From positions 160,001 to 224,000 of the forward strand of contig CAXXWQ010000002.1 in NCBI GenBank assembly GCA_963674945.2: a DNA stretch of 64,000 bases, read 5' to 3'. Shown one piece after another: positions 1 to 9,872 of this stretch. A program made the position numbers and the translations under genes. The notes beneath the pieces are model-generated. The model was given only the letters and a program-made list of their open reading frames with translations, was not told where the DNA came from and made no database searches. Within the stretch, counting starts at the first letter, position 1. Each line of letters begins with the position of its first letter. This DNA comes from an uncultured Desulfosarcina sp. Its GTDB lineage: Bacteria > Desulfobacterota > Desulfobacteria > Desulfobacterales > Desulfosarcinaceae.

Positions 1-688
1 GAAGGCGCTCGAGGATTCCGCGAGACACATAGCCATTATCTCGAATCTAAAAGGACTGATATATAAGGCGCAGAAAATGGACGATTCGGCCGAGGACCAG
101 TTCAAGGCCGCCATCGAGGCTGATGAGAACTATCTGCCGCCATATTACGAATTGGCTGGTCTTTTTGCGAAGAGAAACGAAATAGACCTGGCTGTCGAGC
201 AATATAAGGCGGCATTGGCGAAAAACGACAATCATGTGCGTCCCCATATGCTGCTTGGCATGCTCTACGATGCACAGAAGAAATTCGATCTCTCGGAGCA
301 GCACTATCGCAAGGCGTTGGCGGTCAACCCGGAATTTGCCCCGGCGGCCAACAACCTGGCCTATCTGTTGGCGGAAAAAGGCGAAGATTTGAACGCGGCG
401 TTGGATTTCGCGCGGTTGGCCAAGGAAAGAATTCCCAATAACCCGGGCGTGATGGATACGCTCGGATGGGTCTATTTCAAGAAGGGATTGTATGACAGCG
501 CCATTGTCGAACTCAACGATGCCGTCGAGAAGTTGAAAGACAACGCCATGGTGAATTACCATTTGGGAATGGCCTTCTACAAAGCAGGGCAAGGGGCAAA
601 GGCCAAACCGGTTCTGGAACGAGCACTGGTGCTGGATCCAAATTTCGAAAAAGCGGATGAAGCCAAAGAGGTACTGGCGAAATTGTGA
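1..688 (+). CDS. Tetratricopeptide-repeat protein, C-terminal part (5'-truncated by the window edge); resembles the C-termini of PrsT-like TPR proteins
   Basis: Frame is open from position 2 (KALEDSARHI...) into ORF 77..688. Successive TPR units include AANNLAYLLA, DTLGWVYFKKG and YHLGMAFYK. Confidence 0.85.
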   Translation, partial: KALEDSARHIAIISNLKGLIYKAQKMDDSAEDQFKAAIEADENYLPPYYELAGLFAKRNEIDLAVEQYKAALAKNDNHVRPHMLLGMLYDAQKKFDLSEQHYRKALAVNPEFAPAANNLAYLLAEKGEDLNAALDFARLAKERIPNNPGVMDTLGWVYFKKGLYDSAIVELNDAVEKLKDNAMVNYHLGMAFYKAGQGAKAKPVLERALVLDPNFEKADEAKEVLAKL

Positions 689-740
689 AACTGCCTCAAA
701 TATGACTGCTGAGAAAGCCGGTAGTCACCACAAATGAAAA

Positions 741-853
741 GATGCCTTCTATAAAGGCTTTTCCTATTTTTGCCAATCGGCAAAGTACTTGAATAATGAG
801 TCTTGTTTCGAAAGACTGTTTGACCATCTTTGGCCTGAAAAGCTTTTTACTCA
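741..853. repeat. Palindromic interspersed repeat, family B, copy 1
   Basis: ATAAAGGCTTTTCC...ACTGTTTGACCATCTTTGGCCTGAAAAGCTTTTTAC matches 34879..34992. Abuts the mutL stop codon. Confidence 0.7.
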
Positions 854-2734
854 GACGATTCGTTGAAACTGCTTTTCCAACTCCTTTGTGGTCCACTGGA
901 TCCAGATGGGTCTTCCGTGAGGGCAGTGGGAGGGATTGTCGCAATCGTCCAGCTGCTGCAGCATGGCCGTGATCTGCGCTTGTGTAAGCTGCTGGTGGGC
1001 GCGAATGGCGTTGTGGCAGGCCATCACCATCAGACATCCATCCAATATCGTATCCATCTTTTCATTTACGCCGATTTCCGCCGTCTTTTCGACGATCCGG
1101 GAAACCAGGTCCGGCACGTCACCGCTGTCCAGCAACGTGGGCAAGGCCTTCACCACGAAGGTATTGCCGCCGAAAGGTTCGATCTCCAATCCGTAATGGT
1201 CCAATTCCGGACAGAGCTTTTCCAGGATCTGGGCCTCGCGAAACCCCAGGTCAATGGTTTCCGGCAAGAGAAGCCGCTGGGAGGCAGGGCGCTTTCTTTC
1301 CGATTGGTTTTTCAGTTGTTCGAAGACGATGCGTTCGTGGGCTGCGTGCTGGTCAATGAGAATCAGTCCGTTGGGAGACTCGCACAGGATATAGGTTCCC
1401 TTGTACTGACCGATTACCGTCAGATCGGCGAAAAAGCGAGGCTTCCACAACGGCGTCTGCCGGGCGGACGGGACACCGGCGGGTTTTGGTAAAGCAGGTA
1501 CCTGGACCTCATCATTCAAGCCGGATGATGAAGCCTGGGGCACCGGCCGCTCCGCCACCGGTTCGATTGGATCGATCCGGTCCGTCAGCCGGTTCCCTTC
1601 GGATTCCATTCCAACGGAGTTGTTGGTCACGGCTTTCGATTCCTCCGCGCCTGAGCCCCGGAACCCGGCAGCAGGTTCTGATACCAAGGGAGGATCCATG
1701 GTGTCCCGGACGGTTTTCTGTTCGGCCGTGTTCCAACGGGTGGGATCCGAACGCCGCAGGGCATCGGCCACGGCGGTTTCCACCGTGCCGTGAACCTCTT
1801 TCTGGCGTGCAAAGCGAATCTCGTGTTTGGTGGGGTGAACATTGACATCCACCTGATCGAAGGGAACCTGCACGAAGAGTACGGCCACCGGGTACCGCCC
1901 CTTCATTAAACGTCCCCGGTAACCGGCAAACAGGGCATGCTGGATGACCCGGTCCTTTACCCAACGGCCGTTGACGAAGAGATAGATACCCCTGGCCGTG
2001 GACCGGTTTTGGTTTCCGGCGGCGACCCATCCTGTGACCTTCACCGTTTCGCTGTTCCTTTTCACCGGGAAAAACGAATTCTTGATTGCAGTGCCCAAAA
2101 CATCCACCACCCGGTCCATAGGATTTGTTGCCGTTGCCCAGTCTTTGACGATTCGGTCGTTGTGAAGCAGACGGAATTGAACGTGTGGTCGACACAAGGC
2201 CATACTGGCGATGGTGTCGGCGATATGGCCCATTTCCGTAGTGACGCTTTTCAGGAATTTGCGACGGGCAGGGGTGTTGAAAAAGAGGCCGGCCACCGTG
2301 ATCATCGTCCCTGCCGGAGCACCCACGTCGAACACCTTTTTCATTTGGCCCCCCACCACATCGATCTGGGTGCCTGTATCCTCCTTTGCCATCCGGGTAA
2401 CGAGGGTGAACCGGGAGACCGATGCGATGCTGGGCAATGCTTCTCCGCGGAATCCAAGGGTTCGAATGGAAAAAAGGTCCGGGTCATGTTCGATTTTGCT
2501 GGTTGCGTAACGCTCCAGACTCAAGATGGCATCGTCTCTTCCCATGCCCGTGCCGTTGTCCGATACACGGATGAGTTTTCGTCCACCCTGTTCAATCTCT
2601 ACGATAATTCGGGTGCTGTCCGCGTCGATGGCGTTTTCCACCAGTTCTTTGACGACACTGGCCGGCCGTTCCACCACTTCTCCGGCGGCAATTTTGTTGG
2701 AGAGGATTTCCGGGAGAATTCTGATTCTCGTCAT
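851..2734 (-). CDS. mutL: DNA mismatch repair protein MutL
   Basis: N-terminal IAAGEVVERPASVVKELVENAIDA and GFRGEALPSI; C-terminal endonuclease motifs DQHAAHERIVFE, ACH and CPHGRP. Confidence 0.98.
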   Translation of the reverse strand: MTRIRILPEILSNKIAAGEVVERPASVVKELVENAIDADSTRIIVEIEQGGRKLIRVSDNGTGMGRDDAILSLERYATSKIEHDPDLFSIRTLGFRGEALPSIASVSRFTLVTRMAKEDTGTQIDVVGGQMKKVFDVGAPAGTMITVAGLFFNTPARRKFLKSVTTEMGHIADTIASMALCRPHVQFRLLHNDRIVKDWATATNPMDRVVDVLGTAIKNSFFPVKRNSETVKVTGWVAAGNQNRSTARGIYLFVNGRWVKDRVIQHALFAGYRGRLMKGRYPVAVLFVQVPFDQVDVNVHPTKHEIRFARQKEVHGTVETAVADALRRSDPTRWNTAEQKTVRDTMDPPLVSEPAAGFRGSGAEESKAVTNNSVGMESEGNRLTDRIDPIEPVAERPVPQASSSGLNDEVQVPALPKPAGVPSARQTPLWKPRFFADLTVIGQYKGTYILCESPNGLILIDQHAAHERIVFEQLKNQSERKRPASQRLLLPETIDLGFREAQILEKLCPELDHYGLEIEPFGGNTFVVKALPTLLDSGDVPDLVSRIVEKTAEIGVNEKMDTILDGCLMVMACHNAIRAHQQLTQAQITAMLQQLDDCDNPSHCPHGRPIWIQWTTKELEKQFQRIV

Positions 2735-2916
2735 GGAGAATTACTTATATCCTTATAACTGCGTGCGAGATACTCCGCTTCCATGGGCGTCAGGTTGAAA
2801 TTGAGGCAGGCTGCCTCGATCAATTGCTGTCGGGACTTGGATGATCCCGCCTTCTCCTCTTCCGCGATCCACTTGATCGCCTTGCGGATGTTTTCACCTT
2901 CCGGTTGAATGCTCAT
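2731..2916 (-). CDS. Small hypothetical protein (61 aa, MSIQPEGENIRKAIKWI...)
   Basis: Internal ATG at 2916 of track ORF 2731..3156; fits the gap below gatA; stop overlaps the mutL start (ATGA). Confidence 0.75.
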   Translation of the reverse strand: MSIQPEGENIRKAIKWIAEEEKAGSSKSRQQLIEAACLNFNLTPMEAEYLARSYKDISNSP

Positions 2917-2992
2917 GGTTACCGTCTTTCTATATGCGTATGATGAATCATCGATGTTGTCTTTCCGATATTGAAGCATCGATCTCCATTTT

Positions 2993-4453
2993 TTACAGCG
3001 CAGGCTTTTTTCCAACGATTGCGGCGGCCTTTTCAAAGTTACGGGCGATTTTGAAAAGGATCTGTTCGTTGAAGTGGGCTGACATGATCTGCAGCCCGAT
3101 GGGCATGCCGTCATCGGAGAATCCGCAGGGTACGGAAATGCCCGGTATACCGGCAAGGTTGGCGGAAAGGGTGAAGATGTCCGACAGGTACATGGTCAGC
3201 GGATCATCGATGGTTTCGCCGATGGGATAGGCCGGTGTGGGGGCCACCGGAGATACGATGGCGTCGCACTTTTCAAAAGCGGTCTGAAAGTCGTTTTTGA
3301 TCAGAGTGCGGATCTGGGATGCCTTGCCGTAGTAAGCGTCGTAATAGCCGGCAGAAAGGGCGTATGTTCCCAGGATGATCCGTCTTTGCACTTCAGGACC
3401 GAAGCCAACCGATCGGGTTCTTTTGTACATGCCGAGAAGGTCGGTTTGGTTCTTGTCTCGGAATCCATATTTTACGCCGTCATATCGGGCCAGATTGGAA
3501 CTCGCCTCGCTTGGGGCGATAAGATAGTATGCGGCCACGGCATGGTCGGTGTGGGGCAGGGAGACCGGCATGGTTCGGGCGCCCAACGTTTTGATGGTCT
3601 CGATGCCGGCTTTTACCGCCGATTCCACTCGAGGGTCCAGTCCTGCAACTGCCCAGTACTCTTTGGGGATGCCCACCACCACGTCGGAGAGACCGTCTTC
3701 GGCGATGTCCGAAAAGGTTGGTACCGGTTCGGGAACCGATGTGGCATCCCTGGGATCATGGCCGGCGATGGCATCCAGCATGATGGCGGTATCGGTCACG
3801 GTCTTGCCCAAAGGGCCGATCTGATCCAGCGAGGAGGCGAATGCCACCAGGCCGAATCGGGATACCCTGCCGTAGGTGGGTTTGATGCCCACCACGCCGC
3901 AGTGGGATGCAGGTTGCCGGATGGATCCGCCGGTATCCGAGCCCAGTGCCCCCAGGCACATGTCCGCCGCCACCGCCGCTGCGGATCCGCCGCTGGATCC
4001 GCCGGGAATGCGGTCGAGATTCCAGGGATTGCGGGTCACGTGAAACCCGGAATGTTCGTTGGTGGAACCCATGGCGAATTCATCCATGTTGAGCTTGCCC
4101 ACGATAACGGCGCCGGCATCCTTCAGCCGTGCGATCACGGTGGCATCGTATGGGGGGACGAAATTTTCGAGAATCTTCGATGCACAGGTGGTTCGAAGGC
4201 CTTTGGTGCACATCAAATCCTTTATCCCCAATGGCACGCCGGTGAGTCGGGTTCCACTGCCATCGGCAATTCGTTTGTCGGCTTTTTCGGCTTGGAGCAA
4301 TGCTTCCTTGTCATCGACGGTCAGGTAGGCACCGACCCTGTCATCCACCGCATCGATGCGGTCGAGAACCGCCCGGGTCAGTTCGACGGATCGGATCTCT
4401 TTTTTCTCCAATCGGCGAGATGCCTCTTCGATGGTCAGTTCGTAAAGTTTCAT
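2993..4453 (-). CDS. gatA: Asp-tRNA(Asn)/Glu-tRNA(Gln) amidotransferase subunit A
   Basis: Amidase signature [12 protein letters not shown] and [13 protein letters not shown]. Start set at MKLYELT (4453); the upstream ORF extension is repeat-derived. Confidence 0.97.
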   Translation of the reverse strand: MKLYELTIEEASRRLEKKEIRSVELTRAVLDRIDAVDDRVGAYLTVDDKEALLQAEKADKRIADGSGTRLTGVPLGIKDLMCTKGLRTTCASKILENFVPPYDATVIARLKDAGAVIVGKLNMDEFAMGSTNEHSGFHVTRNPWNLDRIPGGSSGGSAAAVAADMCLGALGSDTGGSIRQPASHCGVVGIKPTYGRVSRFGLVAFASSLDQIGPLGKTVTDTAIMLDAIAGHDPRDATSVPEPVPTFSDIAEDGLSDVVVGIPKEYWAVAGLDPRVESAVKAGIETIKTLGARTMPVSLPHTDHAVAAYYLIAPSEASSNLARYDGVKYGFRDKNQTDLLGMYKRTRSVGFGPEVQRRIILGTYALSAGYYDAYYGKASQIRTLIKNDFQTAFEKCDAIVSPVAPTPAYPIGETIDDPLTMYLSDIFTLSANLAGIPGISVPCGFSDDGMPIGLQIMSAHFNEQILFKIARNFEKAAAIVGKKPAL

Positions 4454-4481
4454 CGATCGTTGTCCTCTTTCAGTCAAGCAA

Positions 4482-4635
4482 GACGGCTTCGTAAAAAGTC
4501 CGATATCTGCGTTACGCTTCATCCCTCGTCACTGCGACGTATCCAACCATACGCCTCATTCCTCGGGAATCGCAAGCCTTGATCTCGGGCTTTTTACGAA
4601 GCCGTCCGAAATCCGACTTTTTACGAGTTCATCAA
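4482..4635. repeat. MITE/ERIC-like palindromic element, family A, copy 1
   Basis: Inverted ends GACGGCTTCGTAAAAAGTCCG / CGGGCTTTTTACGAAGCCGTC plus an extra half-end GACTTTTTACGAGTTCATCAA; related copies at 18032, 26402, 33104 and 58637. Confidence 0.93.
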
Positions 4636-4655
4636 ATAAACGTAGCCGGTGTTCG

Positions 4656-4940
4656 TCAGATCACCTTGGGAACGACGAAGGCACCCTCATCCTTTTCCGG
4701 AGCATTGGCAAGGGCCGATTGCGGATCCAGGTGGTCCCGGGGCTCATCCTCTCGAAAGGCATTTGTCTGCGTAATGGCGTGAGAGGTAGCGGCGATCCCT
4801 TTGGTATCCACCTGCCCAAGGGTGTCCACGTAATCGAGGATGGTACCGATTTGATTGGCAAACCGGTCGACATCCGAATCGTCGATATCCAATCGGGCCA
4901 GGTTTGCTACATGCAGGACTTCTTCTTTTGTTATTTTCAT
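4656..4940 (-). CDS. gatC: Asp-tRNA(Asn)/Glu-tRNA(Gln) amidotransferase subunit C
   Basis: MKITKEEVLHVANLARL...FRED...NAP...FVVPKVI; directly upstream of gatA. Confidence 0.96.
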   Translation of the reverse strand: MKITKEEVLHVANLARLDIDDSDVDRFANQIGTILDYVDTLGQVDTKGIAATSHAITQTNAFREDEPRDHLDPQSALANAPEKDEGAFVVPKVI

Positions 4941-4959
4941 TGTCTGCCTCTCGCTTTGA

Positions 4960-5559
4960 TCAATACAGATTCAGTACTGTGGGCAAGATTTCCATTTGGT
5001 GCAGGGATTTGATGAGCTGCAAAAATCCCAGAATCAGGAGAAACCAGATGACCTCGCGCATGTGGCGACGATAGGTCCGGGGTCTGACCAGATATTCTGT
5101 TGGTTCTACGAGAAGCTTCCATGAAGGAAAAAAGCGGGGGACAAAGGCCGTATATTTCTGGAAGTTCTCACCATGAATTTCGAAAAGTTTGGTTTCCTCG
5201 CTTCTGATAACAAGGGGATAGTAGGCCATGAAACCGATCAGGATGATGGCGGGGATGAAAAGGGTCTCAGTGGCAAGACCGATACCGACGGCCCCCACCA
5301 GGCTGAAAAAATACAAAGGATTTCTGCTGATGGAATAGGGGCCCTGGTCGATCAGACGGTCCGTCTTGTACCCCGCAATGTACAGGGAACACCACATTCG
5401 CCCGATAACGGCAACACTCACCAGGGCAAGCCCAATGAAAGAGAGCAGTTTCCCGAAAAAGGGCGCAGACCTGCTCAAAGCACTGGACGAGACCAGGATC
5501 AGTGCGATGAGGATAACGGCGAAGATTCGGGAGACGATGATTCTAAGGCGTTCGATCAT
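4960..5559 (-). CDS. Isoprenylcysteine carboxyl methyltransferase / phospholipid methyltransferase family membrane protein
   Basis: Hydrophobic helices; motifs LIDQGPYSISRNPLY, EE..L and VPRFFP. Confidence 0.85.
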   Translation of the reverse strand: MIERLRIIVSRIFAVILIALILVSSSALSRSAPFFGKLLSFIGLALVSVAVIGRMWCSLYIAGYKTDRLIDQGPYSISRNPLYFFSLVGAVGIGLATETLFIPAIILIGFMAYYPLVIRSEETKLFEIHGENFQKYTAFVPRFFPSWKLLVEPTEYLVRPRTYRRHMREVIWFLLILGFLQLIKSLHQMEILPTVLNLY

Positions 5560-5589
5560 ATGGTTTCCATTATAAGGTTTGTGGTGATC

Positions 5590-6270
5590 TTATTTTTCGA
5601 TCAAAATGGGCTTTCTCTTGGTACTTTTCAGTCGTGCCATATCCAGTGCCGCCTCTTCGGAACTCGCGTAGCTGCCGATGCGCACGCGCAGCCAGAGGCC
5701 CTGGCCGGGTATCACCGAACGTGACAAATAGGCCGAATACCCCTGGTCTTTCAATTCAGCAACGATCTTTTCCGCCGCGGTTGCATCCTTGAGGGCGGCC
5801 ACCTGAATGGTAAGCCGATCCTGAGACGATGCCGTCTTTTCGGTCGGCGGTGATGTTTTCGGCGACCGTTGGCTGTCTGCCATACGGTGCTTTTTCTTCT
5901 GTAAAAGTTTGGTTCGGGTCTTGTGTATCGGTGCTTTCGTCCCGGATTCGAGGGAACCGGATTGCGGGCTGTAATCCGTGGTGTCTACGGTGGTATCCGG
6001 TCGATCCCTTTGCAGGTCTTCGTGAAAATCATCGGCCATGTGCTTCTTGTTTTCTCCCCGAACCGCTTTTTCGATGGCATCCTGCTGCTTTTTCACCATT
6101 GTGGATCGAAGGGCCGCCAACTCTTTTGTAAGTGCCTGGGTGTCGAATTCCACAGGTGCCCGTCCCCTGCCCACCATCACTCCCAAAACAAACATCCACG
6201 CGGCTACGAAAAGAACCAACAGGTATCGACCCCAGGCGACCCTTTGTTTTTGTAAGTTCTCTTTTTCCAT
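5590..6270 (-). CDS. SPOR-domain cell division protein (FtsN/DedD-like)
   Basis: N-terminal TM helix (FVLGVMVGRG), charged linker, C-terminal TIQVAAL...LRVRIGSY SPOR domain; lies downstream of argS. Confidence 0.88.
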   Translation of the reverse strand: MEKENLQKQRVAWGRYLLVLFVAAWMFVLGVMVGRGRAPVEFDTQALTKELAALRSTMVKKQQDAIEKAVRGENKKHMADDFHEDLQRDRPDTTVDTTDYSPQSGSLESGTKAPIHKTRTKLLQKKKHRMADSQRSPKTSPPTEKTASSQDRLTIQVAALKDATAAEKIVAELKDQGYSAYLSRSVIPGQGLWLRVRIGSYASSEEAALDMARLKSTKRKPILIEK

Positions 6271-6304
6271 TATAACGTGGTAATGCCTGTCCTCTCCAAC
6301 GCGG

Positions 6305-7972
6305 TCACATGGCGTCCGGTGCCGAAACGCCCAGCAGCGAAAGTCCGTTGAATATGACTTGTTGCACCGCCGAGATGAGATAAAGCCTGGCCCGGGTCAT
6401 GGACGGGTCATCCGGACACAATACCCGGTGCCGATTATAGTAGGTATGAAAGGCCGACGCCAGTGTCATCAGGTAATAGGTGATCCGATGCGGCTCCATC
6501 AAGGTCCCGGCAGCCTCGACGGTTTCCGGATAACGGGCCAGGTTCTTGATCAGGGCGATCTCCTCCGGTGCCACCAGGGAGGTCAGATCCGATGGGCTGA
6601 AATCACCTACATCCAGACCGTCGGCGATGGCCTTGCGATGGATACTGGCGATTCGCGCGTGAACGTATTGGACGTAGTAAACTGGATTGTCATTCGTCTT
6701 TTTCTTCGCCAGTTCCAGGTCGAAATCCAGAGGGCTGTCGTAATGCCGGGTCAAAAAGATGAATCGGGCCGCATCCTTTCCCACTTCTTTTACCACGTCG
6801 GCCAGGGTCACGAATTCTCCGGCCCGGGTGGACATGGCCGCCGGTTTTCCACCCCGAAGTAAGTTTACCAGTTGTACCAGAAGCACGTCAAACTGATCGC
6901 GTCCGTAACCGCACGCTTCTACAGCGGCCTTCATGCGTGGAATGTATCCGTGGTGGTCGGCGCCCCATACGTCGATCACCTTTTTGAATCCCCGTTGAAA
7001 CTTATCCTTGTGGTAGGTGATGTCCGATGCGAAGTAGGTGGTCTGCCCGTTTTGGCGAACCACCACGCGATCCTTTTCGTCGCCGTAGTCGGTGGTTTTG
7101 AACCACAGCGCCCCATCTTTTTCGTAAATTACACCCTTTTCCTTGAAATCCCGGATATCCGCCTCCACCTTACCTGCGTCGTATAGGCTCTGCTCGGAGA
7201 ACCATTGATCGAACCGGATGCCGAAATCTTCGAGATCTTCCCGCATGGTATCGATAATCTTTTGTGCGGCATACCGCGCGCAGGGCATGCAGGCATCCGC
7301 CTCGTCCTGCTTAAAAAAGGCGGAGCCCTTTTTTTTGATCAATTCATCTGCCAGATTACGAATATAGTCCCCTTGATAGCAGGTATCGGGAAAATCCACC
7401 GCCTCTCCCAACAGCTCTTTTCCCCTGAGGTAAACCGAAATTCCCAGTGTCTGGATCTGGCGGCCGGAATCGTTGATGTAGTACTCTTTTTGAACATCAT
7501 AACCACAATGGGCGAGTATGTTGGCCGTGCTGTCTCCCACGGCACCTCCCCTTCCGTGACCCACGTGAAGGGGGCCGGTGGGATTGGAACTGACGAATTC
7601 AATCTGGATTCTGGTTCCGTTGCCTATGTTACAGCAGCCGTATTGGTCCTTTTGCTGATGGATTGTCGTCAGCACCGGGTGCCATGCGGCAGGCCGGATA
7701 AAAAAGTTGATGAAGCCTGGCCCTGCGATTTCGGTACGCGCGATGATTTCTTTCGGGTCTTTCAGGTGAACGATCAGTGCCTCGGCGATTTTTCGTGGTG
7801 CCATACGCTGGGTTTTGGCCATTTGCATGGCCATATTGGTGGAGAGGTCCCCATGGCTTTCGGCCTTGGGTTCTTCGAGGACCACATCGACAAATTCCCG
7901 GGAGGGAAGGCTGCCATTTTCATAGGCCGCAGATGCTGCGGCTTCAATCATTTCCCTGAGAAGGGTTTTCAT
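6305..7972 (-). CDS. argS: Arginine--tRNA ligase
   Basis: [15 protein letters not shown] (HIGH motif), GADHHGY, MSTRAGE and [12 protein letters not shown] at 7972 chosen for its AAGGA RBS spacing. Confidence 0.98.
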   Translation of the reverse strand: MKTLLREMIEAAASAAYENGSLPSREFVDVVLEEPKAESHGDLSTNMAMQMAKTQRMAPRKIAEALIVHLKDPKEIIARTEIAGPGFINFFIRPAAWHPVLTTIHQQKDQYGCCNIGNGTRIQIEFVSSNPTGPLHVGHGRGGAVGDSTANILAHCGYDVQKEYYINDSGRQIQTLGISVYLRGKELLGEAVDFPDTCYQGDYIRNLADELIKKKGSAFFKQDEADACMPCARYAAQKIIDTMREDLEDFGIRFDQWFSEQSLYDAGKVEADIRDFKEKGVIYEKDGALWFKTTDYGDEKDRVVVRQNGQTTYFASDITYHKDKFQRGFKKVIDVWGADHHGYIPRMKAAVEACGYGRDQFDVLLVQLVNLLRGGKPAAMSTRAGEFVTLADVVKEVGKDAARFIFLTRHYDSPLDFDLELAKKKTNDNPVYYVQYVHARIASIHRKAIADGLDVGDFSPSDLTSLVAPEEIALIKNLARYPETVEAAGTLMEPHRITYYLMTLASAFHTYYNRHRVLCPDDPSMTRARLYLISAVQQVIFNGLSLLGVSAPDAM

Positions 7973-8368
7973 GAACAAGTTCCTTTTACAATAAATTTTT
8001 GTTCATAAAGAGTTTTATGTGGCAAGTCAAGAAGCTTCCCCTGTTCATTTTTTCATACAGCTTCAAGGCCCATTTGTAGACGAATTTGTACTCAGTCCCT
8101 TCGTATCGTCAGGGGAAAGATTGGAAAAAATGGGTGATTCTTCATCTTGTCCGTGCCGGCAATGTTCGGGGCAAGCCATCCGGTAAGGGGTGAACATTCT
8201 TTCTGTTCTGCATGGTTTACTGACCAACTGGGGTGTGGGCCATCACCGGGTCGCGCCGGTATCATCTTGGCAGCGGTACTCGAAGGAAAAGAGAGCCGCA
8301 AATAAAATCAATAACGGCATGGGTCGTGCTTAATCCCTGGGAGCGTCACAAGCGTCACATTATCTCCC

Positions 8369-8405
8369 AAATAGACAAGGCCCTTGCCCGGGGCCTTGTC
8401 TATTT
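8369..8405 (-). terminator. Perfect 15-bp stem hairpin; probable intrinsic terminator of the MscS-hypothetical operon
   Basis: AAATAGACAAGGCCC-7 nt loop-GGGCCTTGTCTATTT, starting just downstream of the stop at 8418. Confidence 0.75.
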
Positions 8406-8417
8406 ATATACCATCCA

Positions 8418-8774
8418 TTATGGAGTCTCTTTACCGGTTGCCATCGATTCTTGCGTCGTTTCAATCACCTTCGGATTATAGATCTCCAGTTCGCCGGTGG
8501 CGTAGAATGGATAGGGTCGATCTTCATCATCCACGACGGTGATGTTATACATGGCACCTGGTTCTCCGGATTCTGATTTCGTGATGGTCGCCTGCCAGAG
8601 CTTCCATGCGTAGCGCCATGTGGTGACATCGGAATTCATCGGGGTTGCATCCAAGGGGGGCGAGTAGCCGAACTCGTATCCGGTTTCGGTCCGTAGGTGG
8701 TATCTCACCCGAAACCCCTTGGGTTTTTTAATCCATCCTTCCTTGATGACCTCCAATCCTTCGGCTATTTTCAT
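8418..8774 (-). CDS. Hypothetical protein (118 aa)
   Basis: AGGAG RBS upstream; co-directional with the MscS gene; protein-like composition. Confidence 0.8.
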   Translation of the reverse strand: MKIAEGLEVIKEGWIKKPKGFRVRYHLRTETGYEFGYSPPLDATPMNSDVTTWRYAWKLWQATITKSESGEPGAMYNITVVDDEDRPYPFYATGELEIYNPKVIETTQESMATGKETP

Positions 8775-8789
8775 GGGGGCTCCTGTTCC

Positions 8790-9671
8790 CTAAACGATTT
8801 CTTCATCCGTGTCATCCGGGTCGCAGATCCTCTTCATCCTACCTGGACTTGCAAGCCCAATCATTTCCTCTGGATGCGATTTGCTGTCGATGTGAAGGTC
8901 TAATTGGGGGTATGCGAAACGGATTCCCTCGCGATCGAACCGCAGCTTGGTCTTTTCATGCAGATCGCAGCGGGCGACCCAGAAATCCTTGTTGTCCACC
9001 CAGCACCGACCACCCAACGCCACGCAATTGGCGGTCAGTTTGAGAACATAGACCATCGGACCTGGTTTGGTCATGACACGGGGGTCCGCCGTCATGACCG
9101 CTTCCAGTGTTCGCTTTGCCTTCAGAATATCCTGGTCGTAGCGGATGTTCACATTGATTTTCACACGACGCGTCGTGGTGAAATGATAGTTGATGACGAT
9201 GTCATCGAGGATTTGCCGATTGGGTACGAAAAAGGTCTTGCCGTCGAAGGTCCTGAGCCGCGTGTTTAAAAACGTGATCGCTTCAACCTTGCCGAAAAGG
9301 GAACCGACTTTTATGGTATTTCCCACTTTAAATGGCAAGGATGGTATAAAGGGCCGAAAAAAGATCTGCAAACCGATGGCGATCAGGGCGATGATGGTGA
9401 GCAGCCGCAGCATGTTCATCGGGTTGGCGCCAAACTCCACCGTCGCAGCGATGACCACCACGGCCACCAGCAGGAAGTAGACGATATTGCAAAAAACCGT
9501 CACAAAGGCACTCTTGGGAAATATCCGGTGCATGACGATACGCAGTCCCTTGTCGATATAACGGCTCAACAAGAGGCCTACGATCAATAGAATCAGGGCC
9601 AGGACCATTTGGGTGCCATGCTGGGTCATCGTTTCACCGAGCCGTTCGAGCCGGGAAAACTCATGTACCAT
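8790..9671 (-). CDS. Small-conductance mechanosensitive channel (MscS family)
   Basis: Three TM helices, PFKVGNTI, GKVEAITFLNTRLRTFDG..FFVPN and GIRFAYPQ; GGAGG RBS. Confidence 0.92.
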   Translation of the reverse strand: MVHEFSRLERLGETMTQHGTQMVLALILLIVGLLLSRYIDKGLRIVMHRIFPKSAFVTVFCNIVYFLLVAVVVIAATVEFGANPMNMLRLLTIIALIAIGLQIFFRPFIPSLPFKVGNTIKVGSLFGKVEAITFLNTRLRTFDGKTFFVPNRQILDDIVINYHFTTTRRVKINVNIRYDQDILKAKRTLEAVMTADPRVMTKPGPMVYVLKLTANCVALGGRCWVDNKDFWVARCDLHEKTKLRFDREGIRFAYPQLDLHIDSKSHPEEMIGLASPGRMKRICDPDDTDEEIV

Positions 9672-9759
9672 AGAAGGCGACCTCCTTTATGAGAATCGTG
9701 TGTTATTCAAACATGGATCTCGTATGTAACTAGATCAAAATGGGATAGTTTCAGTCAAC

Positions 9760-9796
9760 GTTCAAACCGGCCAAAGGTCGGCTGCGGCGCTGAATT
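9760..9796. repeat. Short interspersed repeat, family G, copy 1 (inverted relative to 22526..22562)
   Basis: Reverse complement AATTCAGCGCCGCAGCCGACCTTTGGCCGGTTTGAAC aligns ungapped to 22526..22562 with 30/37 identities (hand count). Confidence 0.65.
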
Positions 9797-9872
9797 GTTT
9801 GTTGGTGTATCTTGAAAAACTAATCGATTTTGGGACATTACGTCAAGACCGCATAAAATGGCGTCCAGGCTT

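Noticed and set aside
4454..4522. N-terminal extensions of gatA (to 4522) and the acyl-CoA ligase (to 18125), and ORFs 18023..18511, 18062..18259 and 26375..26746 encoding [14 protein letters not shown] peptides
   Set aside because: They are translations of family A repeats; the real genes have their own RBS and starts downstream.
8160..8210. GGGGCAAGCCATCCGGTAAGGGGTG as a c-di-GMP-I riboswitch or RNase P fragment
   Set aside because: It lacks the GAAA tetraloop and GCAAAG junction and the remaining conserved helices.
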